Shown: one piece after another, positions 18,570 through 29,021 of the stretch | Position numbering within the stretch: position 1 is the stretch's first letter | Layout of the letters: each line of letters opens with the position of its first letter | DNA from: an uncultured Gammaproteobacteria bacterium | Lineage (GTDB): Bacteria > Patescibacteriota > Microgenomatia > Levybacterales > UBA12049 | Assembly: GCA_964571255.1 (NCBI GenBank) | Contig: CAZNAA010000001.1 | Coordinates: forward strand, 359,674 to 423,673 | Length of the DNA stretch: 64,000 bases | Direction of reading: 5' to 3' | The notes under the pieces: model-generated | What the model saw: only the letters and a program-made list of their open reading frames with translations | Told to the model about the DNA's origin: nothing | Databases searched by the model: none | Position numbers and translations under genes: made by a program

Positions 18570-20345
18570 ATGGATAATCTTCAAATAGCCAGACTCCTTC
18601 GTAATGTTGCTGCAGCCTATTCTGTGTTAGATGAGAAAAGACATCGATTCCAAATCATTGCCTATAACAATGCCTCAGATACGATTGAGTCCATGACTTC
18701 TCAAGTAAAGGATTTATATAAAGAGGACTCTCTAGACGAAATCCCAGGAGTAGGAGAATCATTAAAGACACATTTAAAAGAACTCCTCCAAACTGGAAAG
18801 GTAAAGCAGTTTGAAGATCTTTTCGAAAAACTTCCTGCGGCAATGTTTCCTCTCTTAGACATCCCTGGCTTTGGACCAAAAAGAGCGTTCAAACTTGTTA
18901 CTCATTTTAACCTCAACATGCCTGAATCAGTCACTCAAGATCTAGAAAATTTAGCGAAAAAAGGTGAAATTGCTCAGTTAGAGGGTTTTGGAGAAAAGTC
19001 TGAAAAACAAATCCTTCAAAGTCTTGAAGAGTTTAAGCTAGGTAAAGGAAAATCTGATCGAATGAGTTTAACCTTTGCAAACGAACTGGCTGAGAAAATC
19101 TTAACTCACCTGCACAAATCCCCCCACGTAAAAGAAGCCTTTCCACTTGGAAGTCTCAGACGCAGAGTAAGTACCATAGGGGACGTTGATATTGCGGTTA
19201 CTACAGATGATTCAGAAGCCGTTTTAGCTCATTTTGGAACCTATCCCTATGCAGAACGAGTCATACAATCAGGAAAAAACGAATCTTCGCTTCTTACTGC
19301 AGGAGGACGACGAGTGGATTTACGAGTACAAGACAAAAAAAGCTTTGGTTCTCTTCTCCAGCACTTTACTGGAAGTAAAAATCATAATATTGAGCTTAGA
19401 GAATATGCTCTTAAAAAAGGTATTTCTCTTTCTGAATGGGGAATTCGCCCATCTAGTGCACAAAAGAAAGAAGAATTAACTACCTATGAAACAGAGGAGT
19501 TATTTTATAACGCACTTGGCCTTGAGTGGATCCCACCAGAACTTAGAGAAAATACCGGCGAGATAGAAGCAGCTCGTACGCATAAGCTCCCTTCTCTTAT
19601 TACTCTTGAGGATATTAAGGGAGATTATCATCTTCACTCAAGCTTTCCAGTTGAGGAAAGTCACGATGCTGGACGTGACAGTATGGAGACTATGACAAAA
19701 CGAGCACAAGAATTGTCCTATACGTCTTTAGGCTTTTCTGAGCACAATCCAAGCGTCATGGGACACACCAAAGAACAGATAACTAAACTCATAAAAAGCA
19801 AGTGGAATAAGACTAAAGAGCTACAAAAGAGTATTAAAGATGTTCGAATATTTTGTTTACTCGAAACGGATATTCAGCCCAACGGAAACCTGGCACTTCC
19901 TGAAGAAGCATTTGAGTATTTGGATGCAACTCTTGTTTCTATTCATAGTCAATTCACTCAGCCAAAAGATGAAATGACAAAACGCATTTTAAAAGGACTT
20001 TCCCATCCTAAAGCCAAAATCTTTGCTCACCCCACTGCCAGGCTCATTAATCAAAGAAATAGTATTGATGCAGATTGGGAACTCATTTTTAAGCATTGTA
20101 AAGAAAATAATATTGCCCTTGAAGTTAATGCTTCACCCCAACGCTTAGATCTTCCTGACACACTCGCCCATGAGGCTGTGCGAATGGAAATTCCCTTGAT
20201 TATTAATACCGATAGCCATGATGTAGGAGGAATGGACCTGATGAAATATGGAGTATATGTAGCCAGGCGTGCCTGGGCTGAGAAAAAAAATATTATTAAT
20301 GCCTGGCCAGAAGAAGAGATTGAAGAGTGGTTTTCAAACAAATAA
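18570..20345 (+). CDS. polX: DNA polymerase X family protein (Pol beta-like polymerase plus C-terminal PHP phosphoesterase)
   Basis: N-terminal HhH/Pol-beta nucleotidyltransferase motifs (GVGESL, GFGPKRA, DVDIAV) are present. The C-terminal PHP domain reads HLHSSFP...DAG. Confidence 0.9.
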   Translation: MDNLQIARLLRNVAAAYSVLDEKRHRFQIIAYNNASDTIESMTSQVKDLYKEDSLDEIPGVGESLKTHLKELLQTGKVKQFEDLFEKLPAAMFPLLDIPGFGPKRAFKLVTHFNLNMPESVTQDLENLAKKGEIAQLEGFGEKSEKQILQSLEEFKLGKGKSDRMSLTFANELAEKILTHLHKSPHVKEAFPLGSLRRRVSTIGDVDIAVTTDDSEAVLAHFGTYPYAERVIQSGKNESSLLTAGGRRVDLRVQDKKSFGSLLQHFTGSKNHNIELREYALKKGISLSEWGIRPSSAQKKEELTTYETEELFYNALGLEWIPPELRENTGEIEAARTHKLPSLITLEDIKGDYHLHSSFPVEESHDAGRDSMETMTKRAQELSYTSLGFSEHNPSVMGHTKEQITKLIKSKWNKTKELQKSIKDVRIFCLLETDIQPNGNLALPEEAFEYLDATLVSIHSQFTQPKDEMTKRILKGLSHPKAKIFAHPTARLINQRNSIDADWELIFKHCKENNIALEVNASPQRLDLPDTLAHEAVRMEIPLIINTDSHDVGGMDLMKYGVYVARRAWAEKKNIINAWPEEEIEEWFSNK

Positions 20346-20389
20346 CTGCTTATTTACATTTATTTGACTTTTTCTGCTATACTATTCTT

Positions 20390-20941
20390 ATGTACACAGG
20401 ACCAATCATTTTAGGCATAGTCGTTCTTGTCTTAGCTTTCCTCTGGTTTACGTATAACGCTCTCGTTACCGCACGACTTCGAATTAAAGAAGCACTTTCT
20501 CATATTGATGTGCAACTAAAGCGTCGTGCTGATCTTATCCCAAATCTTGTTGAAACAGTTAAGGGGTATACGAAGCATGAAAAAGAACTCCTAGAAAATG
20601 TAACTAAGGCTCGAACGTCTCTGATGAATGCCTCTAGTACTCAAGAAAAGGCACAAGCAAACAATATGCTCTCAGACACACTAAAATCTCTTTTTGCAGT
20701 CTCTGAGAATTATCCTGATTTGAAGGCAAACCAAAACTTTTTAAGCCTCCAAGGAGAACTATCTGATACGGAAAATAAGATTGCTGCTTCGCGCCAATTC
20801 ATGAATAGTACGGTGCTTGACTACAATACTCGAATTCAAACCTTTCCAAGTAATATTATCGCCTCAATGTTTAAGTTTACTCCTGAGGAGTTCTTCGCAG
20901 CAACTGATGCTGAAAGAAAAGAAGTTAAAGTTCAATTCTAA
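20390..20941 (+). CDS. lemA: LemA family protein
   Basis: An N-terminal TM helix is followed by LemA helical domain motifs ([26 protein letters not shown]). The start is moved to the internal Met. Confidence 0.85.
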   Translation: MYTGPIILGIVVLVLAFLWFTYNALVTARLRIKEALSHIDVQLKRRADLIPNLVETVKGYTKHEKELLENVTKARTSLMNASSTQEKAQANNMLSDTLKSLFAVSENYPDLKANQNFLSLQGELSDTENKIAASRQFMNSTVLDYNTRIQTFPSNIIASMFKFTPEEFFAATDAERKEVKVQF

Positions 20942-20955
20942 TTCCCTTCTTAGCT

Positions 20956-21861
20956 ATGGCTACTAGTTTATATCAAGAACGTTCAGCAAATATTCGTAAA
21001 ACTTGGATCATCATGATTCTGTTTACTCTTTTTCTCGTAACTATTGGCTATGTCTTTGGCAAAGCCAGCGGAGGCTCAGCTCTTTCCTACGTAGGACTTG
21101 CTTTTATTATTTCTGGAATCTCGACCTTTGGAAGCTATTTCTACTCTGACAAACTAGTTTTGATGTCAACTGGAGCTCAAGCAGTAACTCGTGAAGAATT
21201 TCCTGTTTTATACAATACGGTTGAAAACTTAGCTATCGCTCAAGGCCTTCCTATGCCTAAAGTGTATGTAATTGATGATGCCTCTCCTAATGCCTTTGCA
21301 ACAGGGAGAGATCCAAAACACGCAGTGGTTTGTGCAACAACAGGAATTCTAAACGTACTAAATAAAGCCGAGCTTGAAGGAGTTATTGCCCATGAGCTCT
21401 CCCATATTAAAAACCTTGATATCCGTTTAATGAGTATTGTATCGATTCTTGTAGGCTCAATTGCTATTATTGCTGACTTATTTATGAGAAATCTATTTTG
21501 GGGAAGAAATTCTGATAGTGAAGGAAACAGAGGAAATAACGTTATCTTTCTTGTTTTAGGTATCGCGTTTGCGGTCCTCTCGCCCATTGTAGCGACTTTA
21601 ATTCAGCTTGCGGTATCAAGACGTCGTGAATTCTTAGCTGACGCCTCTGGAGCCCTCTTAACGCGTTATCCTGAAGGTTTAGCTTCTGCTCTTGAGAAAA
21701 TAGCTTCAAACCCTAAACCATTAGCCTCAGCCTCAAATGCAACTGCTCATTTGTTTATCAGTAATCCATTTAGAGAGAAACAAGGATCAGCTTGGCTTTC
21801 TTCCCTTTTCAATACTCACCCACCAACCGAGGAGAGAGTCAAGATTTTAAGATCCATGTAG
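20956..21861 (+). CDS. htpX: zinc metalloprotease HtpX (M48 family)
   Basis: The HELSH zinc-binding motif is present with multiple TM segments. It is paired with LemA upstream, which is a common arrangement. Confidence 0.9.
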   Translation: MATSLYQERSANIRKTWIIMILFTLFLVTIGYVFGKASGGSALSYVGLAFIISGISTFGSYFYSDKLVLMSTGAQAVTREEFPVLYNTVENLAIAQGLPMPKVYVIDDASPNAFATGRDPKHAVVCATTGILNVLNKAELEGVIAHELSHIKNLDIRLMSIVSILVGSIAIIADLFMRNLFWGRNSDSEGNRGNNVIFLVLGIAFAVLSPIVATLIQLAVSRRREFLADASGALLTRYPEGLASALEKIASNPKPLASASNATAHLFISNPFREKQGSAWLSSLFNTHPPTEERVKILRSM

Positions 21862-22070
21862 GACTTGCTCATCTAGTGCATTTGCTATAGTCTTCCAATG
21901 AGCTCAACTGAAGCAGCTTTTCCTCAAAACGATTTCCCTTATAATATATGAGAAGTTCGTGATATAAAAGCCTCTTCAAAAATAGGTCTTAAAAATTGAT
22001 AGAAGATATGATTCTTTTTATTCTTCAAAGCTTTATTTTCTTTCTCGGGACAACTTAGGATTTACTCACA

Positions 22071-23399
22071 ATGTTGGTCACAAATTTCCGGTATAATAAG
22101 ATTATGAGAAACCTATTTCTTATCTATCTTGGGAAGCTAGTTTCGTATATTTTTCGCATAACCCTACTGGGTAACGGGTCAACCTGGCCAGGACATATTG
22201 CCTTACATACCAACAAAAACTTCATTAAAGAGGTCATATCCTCAAGTACCATCAAAATTATTATCATTGCCGGAACTAACGGAAAAACAACAACAGCAAA
22301 AATCTTGCGAACTATTCTTGAGAAAAATGGTAAACGAGTACTACAAAATGAATCGGGTGCAAACCTTTTAAATGGGATAGCATCAACTCTTATTCTTGCG
22401 TCCAATAGTATGGGAAAACTTCCTTATGACTTTGCCATTTTTGAAGTAGATGAAAATGCGCTACCCCATCTCATCAAAGAAGTAACTCCGAACTATCTTA
22501 TTTTACTTAACCTTTTTAGAGACCAACTAGATAGATATGGTGAAGTAAGAAGTATAGCAACAAAATGGAAAACAGTTGTCTCTTCCCTCCCTCTTCAAAC
22601 GACTTGTATCCTTAATGCTCATGACCCTGAGATTGCTTATCTTGGAAAAGACATCACTGCTCTAGTAAAATATTATGGGATTGATAATGAAGAAGCTCTG
22701 CAAGAGAAACAAGATCATGCCGTTGATTCAACCTACTGTCCCAACTGTCAATCCGCTCTGATTTATACCAAGCAATATTACGCTCATTTAGGCAATTGGC
22801 ACTGTCCGTCTTGCAGTGCTAAGATTACAGGTCCAGTTTACTCCCACTTTTCTGCCTTTCCTCTGCCAGGCATCTATAATGAGTATAATACCCTCGCAGC
22901 AGTCCTTACTGCATGTGAGATTGGCATCACAGAAATTGAATCTGAAGAGGCTCTGAAAGACTTCACTCCAGCTTTTGGAAGACAAGAAAAAATAAAATTC
23001 AAAGGGAAAAACCTCCAAATTTTCCTCTCCAAAAACCCAACCAGTTTTAACCAATCGCTTAGAACAATTGTAGATCTACAAGCAAAACATATACTGATTG
23101 TTCTTAATGATCGAGTAGCTGATGGACATGATATCTCTTGGATTTGGGATACGGAAATAGAGAACTATCTTCATACCCTTACTGACATCACTCTCTCTGG
23201 AGATCGAGCATTAGATATGGCTGTCAGGTGCAAGTATACTGACATTACACAAAAAAATATTAAGGTCGTTGAAGACTTGGAAGAAGCTATTGAAAAATCC
23301 GTTGGTCTTCTTCCTTTTTCTGAAACTCTCTACATTCTCCCGACCTATACAGCAATGCTTGAAGTTCGGAAAATAGTAACAGGGAAAGGGATATTATGA
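22071..23399 (+). CDS. murT: lipid II isoglutaminyl synthase subunit MurT (Mur-ligase-like)
   Basis: The Mur ligase P-loop AGTNGKTTT is present. A Cys4 zinc ribbon (CPNC...CPSC) typical of MurT is present. The true start may be the internal Met at 22104. Confidence 0.85.
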   Translation: MLVTNFRYNKIMRNLFLIYLGKLVSYIFRITLLGNGSTWPGHIALHTNKNFIKEVISSSTIKIIIIAGTNGKTTTAKILRTILEKNGKRVLQNESGANLLNGIASTLILASNSMGKLPYDFAIFEVDENALPHLIKEVTPNYLILLNLFRDQLDRYGEVRSIATKWKTVVSSLPLQTTCILNAHDPEIAYLGKDITALVKYYGIDNEEALQEKQDHAVDSTYCPNCQSALIYTKQYYAHLGNWHCPSCSAKITGPVYSHFSAFPLPGIYNEYNTLAAVLTACEIGITEIESEEALKDFTPAFGRQEKIKFKGKNLQIFLSKNPTSFNQSLRTIVDLQAKHILIVLNDRVADGHDISWIWDTEIENYLHTLTDITLSGDRALDMAVRCKYTDITQKNIKVVEDLEEAIEKSVGLLPFSETLYILPTYTAMLEVRKIVTGKGIL

Positions 23400-24208
23400 C
23401 AGATAAACAAGTTCCATCAAACAATTCCCTTTCATTAATAATTGGTTGGCTCTATCCAGAACTGATGAGTACCTATGGAGACAGAGGAAACATTCTGGTA
23501 CTCAAGAAACGCTGTGAGTGGAGAGGGATAGAAGTGACAGTTCTCCCTATCACTGAGTCTCTTTCTGCCACCGAAATGAAAGGAGTCGATCTTCTCTTTG
23601 GTGGAGGGGCACAAGACACTGAGCAAGGGATCGTGATGAATGACTTGAAAGGAAAAAAAGGGCAAGTGATAAAGGAATTAATAGAGAAAAACGTCCCATC
23701 ACTTTTTGTTTGTGGGTCTCCCCAACTTATGGGAAAATACTATGAGCCATCAGTGGGGGAACGTATTGAGGGACTGGGAATTTTTGATATGGTAACAACT
23801 CATCCAGGTGAAAAGAAAAAGCGCCTTATTGGAAATACCGTTGGAAAGATTCTTTGGAAAAACTTTTCCGATACTTCCCCGGCCAAAAACCAAGGGCACT
23901 ATATTGTTGGTTTTGAAAATCATGGAGGGCGAACAACTCTAGGAAAAAACGCTTTACCCTTTGCAACAGTTATCAAAGGATATGGAAATAATGGAGAAGA
24001 CAAGACAGAAGGAGTAGCCTATAAAAATGCACTTGGTTGTTACTATCATGGACCTCTTCTTCCCAAAAATCCTCACCTTGCTGATTGGTTAATAAAAACA
24101 GCACTTGAGATAAAGTATCAAAAACAGATAGAGCTTTCTCCACTTGATGATACTTTAGAATACCTAGCTCAATCAGTTATTGCCAAAAGGCTAGGCGTCA
24201 CGATATAA
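23396..24208 (+). CDS. gatD: lipid II isoglutaminyl synthase glutaminase subunit GatD (CobB/CobQ-like type-1 glutamine amidotransferase)
   Basis: It is translationally coupled to murT. The N-terminal motif is WLYPELMSTYGDRGNILVL. The GATase fold is present. Confidence 0.8.
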   Translation: MTDKQVPSNNSLSLIIGWLYPELMSTYGDRGNILVLKKRCEWRGIEVTVLPITESLSATEMKGVDLLFGGGAQDTEQGIVMNDLKGKKGQVIKELIEKNVPSLFVCGSPQLMGKYYEPSVGERIEGLGIFDMVTTHPGEKKKRLIGNTVGKILWKNFSDTSPAKNQGHYIVGFENHGGRTTLGKNALPFATVIKGYGNNGEDKTEGVAYKNALGCYYHGPLLPKNPHLADWLIKTALEIKYQKQIELSPLDDTLEYLAQSVIAKRLGVTI

Positions 24209-24215
24209 TCCAGCT

Positions 24216-24494
24216 ATGAATGTTACGCAAGTTGCTTCCTTAGCAAACCTTACTCTTTCTCCTACGCAACTAACCCGGTTTGAAAAACAGTTAGCTGATG
24301 TACTCCACTATATAGAACAATTAAATAATGTCGATACAACTAATGTTATTCCAACTAGCCAAGTAACAGGACTTGAAAATGTAACTCGAGTAGATACCTC
24401 TTCTCACTCTTTCACGCAGGAAGAAGCTTTGTCTCAAGCTTCAGGAATCCAGAATGGATTTTTCCAGGTGAAAGGAATTTTTGAGAATGAGTAA
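24216..24494 (+). CDS. gatC: Asp-tRNA(Asn)/Glu-tRNA(Gln) amidotransferase subunit C
   Basis: This is a 92-aa GatC-like protein (VASLANLTLSPTQLTRFEKQL...). It lies in an operon with gatA and gatB. Confidence 0.85.
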   Translation: MNVTQVASLANLTLSPTQLTRFEKQLADVLHYIEQLNNVDTTNVIPTSQVTGLENVTRVDTSSHSFTQEEALSQASGIQNGFFQVKGIFENE

Positions 24495-25176
24495 AACTAC
24501 TATCTATCTTACTCGCCACGCCCAATCCATTGGAAACGCCAACTACGATAATGGTATCTTTACTCATAAAGATCCTACAAGTGCTGGTTCTGACCTCAGT
24601 GAGCTTGGTTTCACTCAAGCTCAGACACTTTCTCAACAACTAAAAGACGTTCCTTTTGCTAGTGCGTATTCATCAGATCTTCTGAGAGCAATTCGTACTG
24701 CTCAAATCATTATTGAAGAAAAAGATATTCCCTTTACCATTATTCCTGATTTAAAAGAACGAAGAACTGGAAGTCTTGGAGGAAAAACTGCACTCGAGTT
24801 AAAAGAAAAATACCCGTACATTTTAGGCAATCCTTTAGAGCTTACAACAGAGCAGATGTGGGAATGGAAACTCTTTGAGGATATGGAAACAGCCAGAGAA
24901 GCAGTTACCCGAATGAAAGAAGCACTTGATGCGATTGCCAAAGAACAGGACGGGAAGACAGTATTAGTAGTAAGTCATGGAAATGCGATGAGAAATCTCC
25001 TTGTTTTACTGAAACAGGGATCATTTGCCAACTTTCGTTCAGGTACCATTCCAAACTGCAGTTATATCGTACTGGAATACAGTAGTGGTACTTGTGAAGT
25101 AAAAGAACTTGTTGGCATAACTAAATATAATGCTCCTGAAGATATTACGAAGCTTCAACAAAACGAACAACTATGA
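24481..25176 (+). CDS. histidine phosphatase family protein (phosphoglycerate-mutase-like)
   Basis: The RHG motif (IYLTRHAQSIGN) is present. The downstream catalytic His (VVSHGNAMR) is present. Confidence 0.85.
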   Translation: MRMSKTTIYLTRHAQSIGNANYDNGIFTHKDPTSAGSDLSELGFTQAQTLSQQLKDVPFASAYSSDLLRAIRTAQIIIEEKDIPFTIIPDLKERRTGSLGGKTALELKEKYPYILGNPLELTTEQMWEWKLFEDMETAREAVTRMKEALDAIAKEQDGKTVLVVSHGNAMRNLLVLLKQGSFANFRSGTIPNCSYIVLEYSSGTCEVKELVGITKYNAPEDITKLQQNEQL

Positions 25177-25613
25177 TTAACCATCTTCATCATTCAATAA
25201 AAATAGCAACAACTCTCACTGATATATCAAAAAGTCTCATTCTCTCTTTTGAGCAAGCAAAAAAAGAAAAAAATACTATTCAAATTGGCTACGTTTCTGG
25301 AATAATCACTTCAGAGGGACCAGAACATATTCAAAGAAATATCCTTCTTCTTAAGACTCATGCTCAACGACTTCGTGAAATTCACTCATTTCCTATTATT
25401 AGTGCCCCTGATATTTTTACAAGCGAAGTACCTATTCAAATCGATTCACCAAATATTCCCTATCAAGATTGGATACAATTTTGGAGAGACGTACTACGAT
25501 CAGGATATATTACCGACATTTTTATGACTCCTAGATGGGAAAAATCCACTGGTGCTAAAGATGAGTTTCAAATAGCTAATGAAGAAGATATGACTATTCA
25601 CTATATTTCATAG
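25173..25613 (+). CDS. hypothetical protein, possibly nucleoside 2-deoxyribosyltransferase-like fold
   Basis: The 146-aa product has a Rossmann-like N-terminal segment IQIGYVSGIITSEGPE. The C-terminal segment W-EKSTGAKDEFQIA resembles the D.GT..E.G.A motif of NDT/DNPH1 proteins. The similarity is weak and assigned by eye. Confidence 0.35.
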   Translation: MINHLHHSIKIATTLTDISKSLILSFEQAKKEKNTIQIGYVSGIITSEGPEHIQRNILLLKTHAQRLREIHSFPIISAPDIFTSEVPIQIDSPNIPYQDWIQFWRDVLRSGYITDIFMTPRWEKSTGAKDEFQIANEEDMTIHYIS

Positions 25614-25615
25614 GT

Positions 25616-26284
25616 ATGAAAAATCCACATGAGCTAATAGATACAATAAATGAAGTAGTTGGACAAACTATGAAAAAAACAACGATCTATTTAGTACGGC
25701 ACGGACAAGCTGATTGGAATATCGAAAGGAGACTGATTGGTCATACTGACAGACCTCTAACTGAACTGGGGCGTGAACAGGCAAAAGAACTAGCAGAAAC
25801 TCTTTCTCCAATTCATTTTGATGCTATTTATTCCTCAGATCTGTCTCGCGCCAGAGAAACGGCAGAAATCATTGCCTCAATTCGAAATCTTCCGGTAACA
25901 ACAGATGCACGTTTTAGAGAAAAATCATATGGTCCGCTTGAAGGAATATCACATGAAGAAATGAAAGTGATCTATAAAGATTGGGGAAACTATACAGAAG
26001 AGCAAAAATGGAATATCTCTCAAGCCGGTGAAGAAACAAATAGTGCTGCAGTTACACGAGCTTTATCCGTTCTTGAGGAAGTTGGAAGAAAAGAAGAAGG
26101 AAAAACTATTCTTATCGCAACTCATGGTGGATTTATTCGTTTCCTTCTTATCAAATTAGGTGTAGGAGATTTTGATAAAGTAGGAGGCATTGACAACTGT
26201 GGGTATGTTAAACTAATCTTCAGCGGAGGTACTTTTACTGTCGAAAAAACAGTAGGACTTCGTACCTGGAAGGAAAAACACTAA
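25616..26284 (+). CDS. histidine phosphatase family protein (second copy)
   Basis: The RHG motif (IYLVRHGQADWN) is present. The catalytic His region IATHGGFIR is present. Confidence 0.85.
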   Translation: MKNPHELIDTINEVVGQTMKKTTIYLVRHGQADWNIERRLIGHTDRPLTELGREQAKELAETLSPIHFDAIYSSDLSRARETAEIIASIRNLPVTTDARFREKSYGPLEGISHEEMKVIYKDWGNYTEEQKWNISQAGEETNSAAVTRALSVLEEVGRKEEGKTILIATHGGFIRFLLIKLGVGDFDKVGGIDNCGYVKLIFSGGTFTVEKTVGLRTWKEKH

Positions 26285-27693
26285 TGGATCTATCTAATCT
26301 TACACTTACACAAGCCCTTTCTGATCTTTCAGAGAAGAAATATTCTTCAGTGGAGCTTACTCAAGCCTATCTTGCTCGTATCAAAACGCTTAACCCTTCT
26401 CTAAATGCATTTCTTACAGTTTCAGAAGATGAAGCACTTAAAAGTGCAAAAGAAGCAGACGAAAAAAGAGCCAGTGGGGACTCATCTCCCCTTTTAGGAA
26501 TTCCAGTGGCTTTCAAAGATATTTTTGTTACAAAAAACATTCGAACCACGGCAGGGTCAAAAGTGTTGGAAAACTACATTGGCCAATATGATGGAACCGT
26601 TGTATCAAAACTAAAAGAAGCTGGAGTTGTGATGGTTGGAAAAACAAATTGTGATGCATGGGCACATGGATCTAGTGGAGAAAACTCAGATTTTGGTCCA
26701 ACCAAAAATCCGTACAACTTAGAGTATATTCCTGGAGGATCTAGTAGTGGCTCACCTGTTGCGGTAGCTGCTGATATGTGTCTGGTTGCAACGGGAACTG
26801 ATACGGGTGGATCTATTAGACTTCCTGCAAGTTTTACCAATACAGTAGGACTTAAACCTACCTATGGAAGAGTGAGTAGGTATGGAGTTATTTCTATGGC
26901 ATCTTCACTAGACTCGATTGGACACTTTACCAAAACGGTTGAGGATAATGCCAGGTTTTTGCAAGTCACTGCAGGACAAGACAAACAAGATGCTACGACT
27001 CCATCTGTCGCAGTTCCCAATTATTTGTCTTTTCTGGGAAAAGAGATCAAAGGACTTCGGATTGGTGTTCCAAAAGAATACTTTATGGAAGGGATAGATA
27101 AAGAAGTCGCAGCAAAAACCCATGAAGCCTTAAAACTCCTTGAAGCAAAAGGGGCAAGTCTTGTTGATATCTCTCTTCCCAATACAGAATACGCGATTGC
27201 CGTCTACTATATAGTCCAAACAGCTGAAGTTTCATCAAATCTTGCTCGGTTTGATGGAATTCGTTTTGGAGGAGATAGAGCAAAATTTGGTGAGGAAGCC
27301 ATGAGACGAATCATGCTTGGAACCTATGTGCTTTCTGCCGGCTATTATGACGCCTACTATAATAAGGCGATGAAAGTTCGAACTCTTATCAAACAAGATT
27401 TTGATAAAGCGTTTGAAAAAGTTGATGTCATTATTACCCCCTCATCCCCCACTCCTCCGTGGAAAATTGGTGAAAAAGTAAATGATCCATTAAAAATGTA
27501 TCTCTCAGATGTATTTACCGTTACAGGAAATCTTGCAGGAGTCCCAGGACTTTCCATTCCAATTGGATTTATAAACGGTCTTCCCGTAGGAATGCAAATC
27601 TTTGCTCCTCACTTTAAAGAAGAGAGACTCTATCAGGTAGGAAGTATGTATGAAGCAGAAAACCCCGTGTGGAAGGAAAAACCAAATCTATGA
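26284..27693 (+). CDS. gatA: Glu-tRNA(Gln)/Asp-tRNA(Asn) amidotransferase subunit A (amidase signature family)
   Basis: The amidase signature GGSSSGS is present. The product is 469 aa and aligns to GatA over its full length. Confidence 0.95.
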   Translation: MDLSNLTLTQALSDLSEKKYSSVELTQAYLARIKTLNPSLNAFLTVSEDEALKSAKEADEKRASGDSSPLLGIPVAFKDIFVTKNIRTTAGSKVLENYIGQYDGTVVSKLKEAGVVMVGKTNCDAWAHGSSGENSDFGPTKNPYNLEYIPGGSSSGSPVAVAADMCLVATGTDTGGSIRLPASFTNTVGLKPTYGRVSRYGVISMASSLDSIGHFTKTVEDNARFLQVTAGQDKQDATTPSVAVPNYLSFLGKEIKGLRIGVPKEYFMEGIDKEVAAKTHEALKLLEAKGASLVDISLPNTEYAIAVYYIVQTAEVSSNLARFDGIRFGGDRAKFGEEAMRRIMLGTYVLSAGYYDAYYNKAMKVRTLIKQDFDKAFEKVDVIITPSSPTPPWKIGEKVNDPLKMYLSDVFTVTGNLAGVPGLSIPIGFINGLPVGMQIFAPHFKEERLYQVGSMYEAENPVWKEKPNL

Positions 27694-29018
27694 GCAAATA
27701 TACTCCAATTATTGGCTTAGAAGTTCACGTTGAGCTAAAAACAGAATCAAAAATGTTTTGTAGCTGCAGTGCCGAATATTTTGGCAAAGAACCAAATACT
27801 CACACCTGTCCTGTCTGTTTAGGACTTCCAGGAGCTCTTCCTATTCCCAATAAAACAGCAATTGATTGGTGTATGAAGATTGCTTTAGCACTGAACTGCG
27901 ATATTTCACTTTTTTCTAAATTTGATCGCAAAAACTATTTCTACCCTGACTTAGCAAAGGGGTTTCAACTAAGCCAATATGATTTGCCTTTTGGACTTAA
28001 GGGGGAAATGAAGTTGAGTACGGGAAAAACAATTGGCATAACTCGAGTCCATATGGAGGAAGATACAGGGAAACTTACTCATACAGAAGGAGCAAGTCTT
28101 ATTGACTTTAACCGCAGTGGCGTACCCTTGGTTGAAATTGTTACTGAGCCTGATTTTTCCAGTGAAATAGAAGTCAAAGAATATCTTCAAAACCTTCAAC
28201 AAATTGTCCGGTATCTTGGCGTATCTAATGCTGATATGGAAAAGGGCGATATGAGACTTGAGCCAAATATGTCCCTTATTCCCTCAGAAAAATACCAATT
28301 TCCTATTCCTCTAGACCAACTCCCCTCCTATAAGGTCGAAGTAAAAAATATTAATTCCTTCCGATTTGTTGAAAAAGCAATTCAATATGAATTTACCAGA
28401 CAATCTGAGTTACTTGATAAAGGAGAAAAACCAAAACAAGAAACAAGGGGTTGGAATGAAGTCAAACAAATTACTGTTTCACAAAGGAGTAAAGAAGATG
28501 CCAAAGACTATCGCTACTTCCCAGAACCTGATATTCCTCCAATCATTACTACTAGAGAAAAAGTTGAAGAGTTGAAATCTTCTCTTCCTGAATTACCCAC
28601 TGAAAAAAGAGAGAGGTTTATGAAGGACTATGAATTGTCTTTTTATGACACGGAAATTATTACTCGAGACATGTCTTATGCTACTTATTTTGAAAATATC
28701 GTACGAGAGGGAAAAGACAAAGGAGTAAGTGCAAAACAGATTGCCAATGCTCTTATTAACAAACGTGTTGCCAGTGGGGTAAATCCTGAAGAAGTTATTG
28801 CAACCATTCTCTCTTTTTCCCAAGTTGCAACCATTGATGAGGGAGAATTAGAAAAAGTTATTCAAGAAGTAATTACGGAGCAAGAAAAGCCTGTTTTAGA
28901 CTACAAATCGGGAAAAGAACCTGTCATAATGTTTCTAGTAGGCTGTGTAATGAAGAAACTATCAGTAAAAGCTGATGCACAAGAGATTAAAAAAAAACTC
29001 ATTGCAGCTCTACAGTAA
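27690..29018 (+). CDS. gatB: Glu-tRNA(Gln)/Asp-tRNA(Asn) amidotransferase subunit B
   Basis: The N-terminus is IIGLEVHVEL...CSCS...CPVCLGLPG. The start is moved to the ATG that overlaps the gatA stop (ATGA). Confidence 0.95.
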   Translation: MSKYTPIIGLEVHVELKTESKMFCSCSAEYFGKEPNTHTCPVCLGLPGALPIPNKTAIDWCMKIALALNCDISLFSKFDRKNYFYPDLAKGFQLSQYDLPFGLKGEMKLSTGKTIGITRVHMEEDTGKLTHTEGASLIDFNRSGVPLVEIVTEPDFSSEIEVKEYLQNLQQIVRYLGVSNADMEKGDMRLEPNMSLIPSEKYQFPIPLDQLPSYKVEVKNINSFRFVEKAIQYEFTRQSELLDKGEKPKQETRGWNEVKQITVSQRSKEDAKDYRYFPEPDIPPIITTREKVEELKSSLPELPTEKRERFMKDYELSFYDTEIITRDMSYATYFENIVREGKDKGVSAKQIANALINKRVASGVNPEEVIATILSFSQVATIDEGELEKVIQEVITEQEKPVLDYKSGKEPVIMFLVGCVMKKLSVKADAQEIKKKLIAALQ

Positions 29019-29021
29019 GTT

